Source: Oculina patagonica
Taxonomy: Eukaryota
Assembly (NCBI RefSeq): GCF_052425735.1
Contig: NC_135763.1
Location: 8,556,001-8,620,000, forward strand
Reading direction: 5' to 3'
Length of the DNA: 64,000 nt
The position numbers were made by a program, and so were the translations under genes. Of the stretch, positions 63,176 through 64,000 are shown in pieces; the stretch's first letter is position 1; the number at the start of each line of letters is the position of its first letter. The notes below the pieces were generated by a model, which worked only from the letters and a program-made list of their open reading frames with translations, had not been told where the DNA came from and did not search any database.

Positions 63176-64000
63176 GCCTCGTATTATAAGTCAATCATAG
63201 CGTACTTGGTACCCAATTGGAAACCATTCCAAAGCTGGCCTTAGCAATAGCTGATCATTTATTGACCTTCATTCAATCGACCCTAACGTCGACACCATCC
63301 CAAAGCTTAGCAACAATTAGTCAGCTAGCTGATCACAACGTACTTGGTACCCAGCTAACATCCAATTTGAAACCAATCCAAAGCTTAGGGACAGCTGTAT
63401 GCTAGCCGATCAGATTGCACTAAAACACTGAAGAATGTAGTTGAAACAAAGACTAGCGTTTACAATGAATCGCCCTGCTCATTGCAACTCCACTTTTCAG
63501 TTTTTTTTTGTCCGTTGCTTTAGCAACGGAAATTAAGTTAGTCATTGAGTCAGGTGAGGTGTCTGTATTTCACTAGGTAACTAACTATACATGTGGTTGT
63601 TGCTCTTTGATAAATAGGTTTTCAATTCAATACGTTTTCAGCCAAAGACGGAGATTCTGTTCTCCGTTCAGTTCATTAAATGGCGTAAAATTTCGTCACG
63701 TGCGTGATCACGCGTTCTACAGTTTACCAAGTTAAGGATCTCGTGCAAAAGATCATGTCTTAAAATTCCATTTCTATAGGAAAACCCGTCCTTATTCCGA
63801 GCAGCACGTTGTTGAGGCCACTTTTTTGGCCTGGAAAATCGTTAACATGACTGATTTTGGTGGTCGGATTCATTATATAACAGACATAGCAGGGTTCCAA
63901 TGCATGTTAACTACTGACGACCATCGGTGAGCCATATCAAACATAATTTCGGGGATGGTTGCGTCCCAAGCATGTGGGCTTTGTTGTTTTGACGTCAATG

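Noticed and set aside
63425-63455. CTGAAGA...GAAAC hammerhead-like string
   Set aside because: No credible stem II or stem III and no cleavage triplet.

Overview
AT-rich, intron-containing animal DNA; the gene and repeat content suggests a stony coral or other anthozoan (inference). Six protein-coding genes can be assembled with phase-consistent GT-AG splicing: the 3' end of NUP43 (+), a MATCAP/KIAA0895-like tubulin carboxypeptidase (+), NDUFAF4 (+), a LATS/Warts kinase (-), an atypical class A GPCR (-) and a PIFO/CIMAP3 (pitchfork) homologue (+) with an extra Cys4 zinc-finger-like exon. Introns and intergenic DNA are dense in MITEs and SINEs. The most notable non-genic elements are three. 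(i) A 268-bp non-autonomous RTE derivative whose 5' end is a twister ribozyme truncated at about its cleavage site. (ii) A 4.6-kb DIRS/PAT-type tyrosine-recombinase retroelement with nearly identical split direct repeats arranged A1-gag-B1A2-pol/MT/YR-B2 and completely decayed ORFs. (iii) A minimal Penelope-type hammerhead ribozyme in a PIFO intron. All homology calls are from motif recognition by eye, not database searches.
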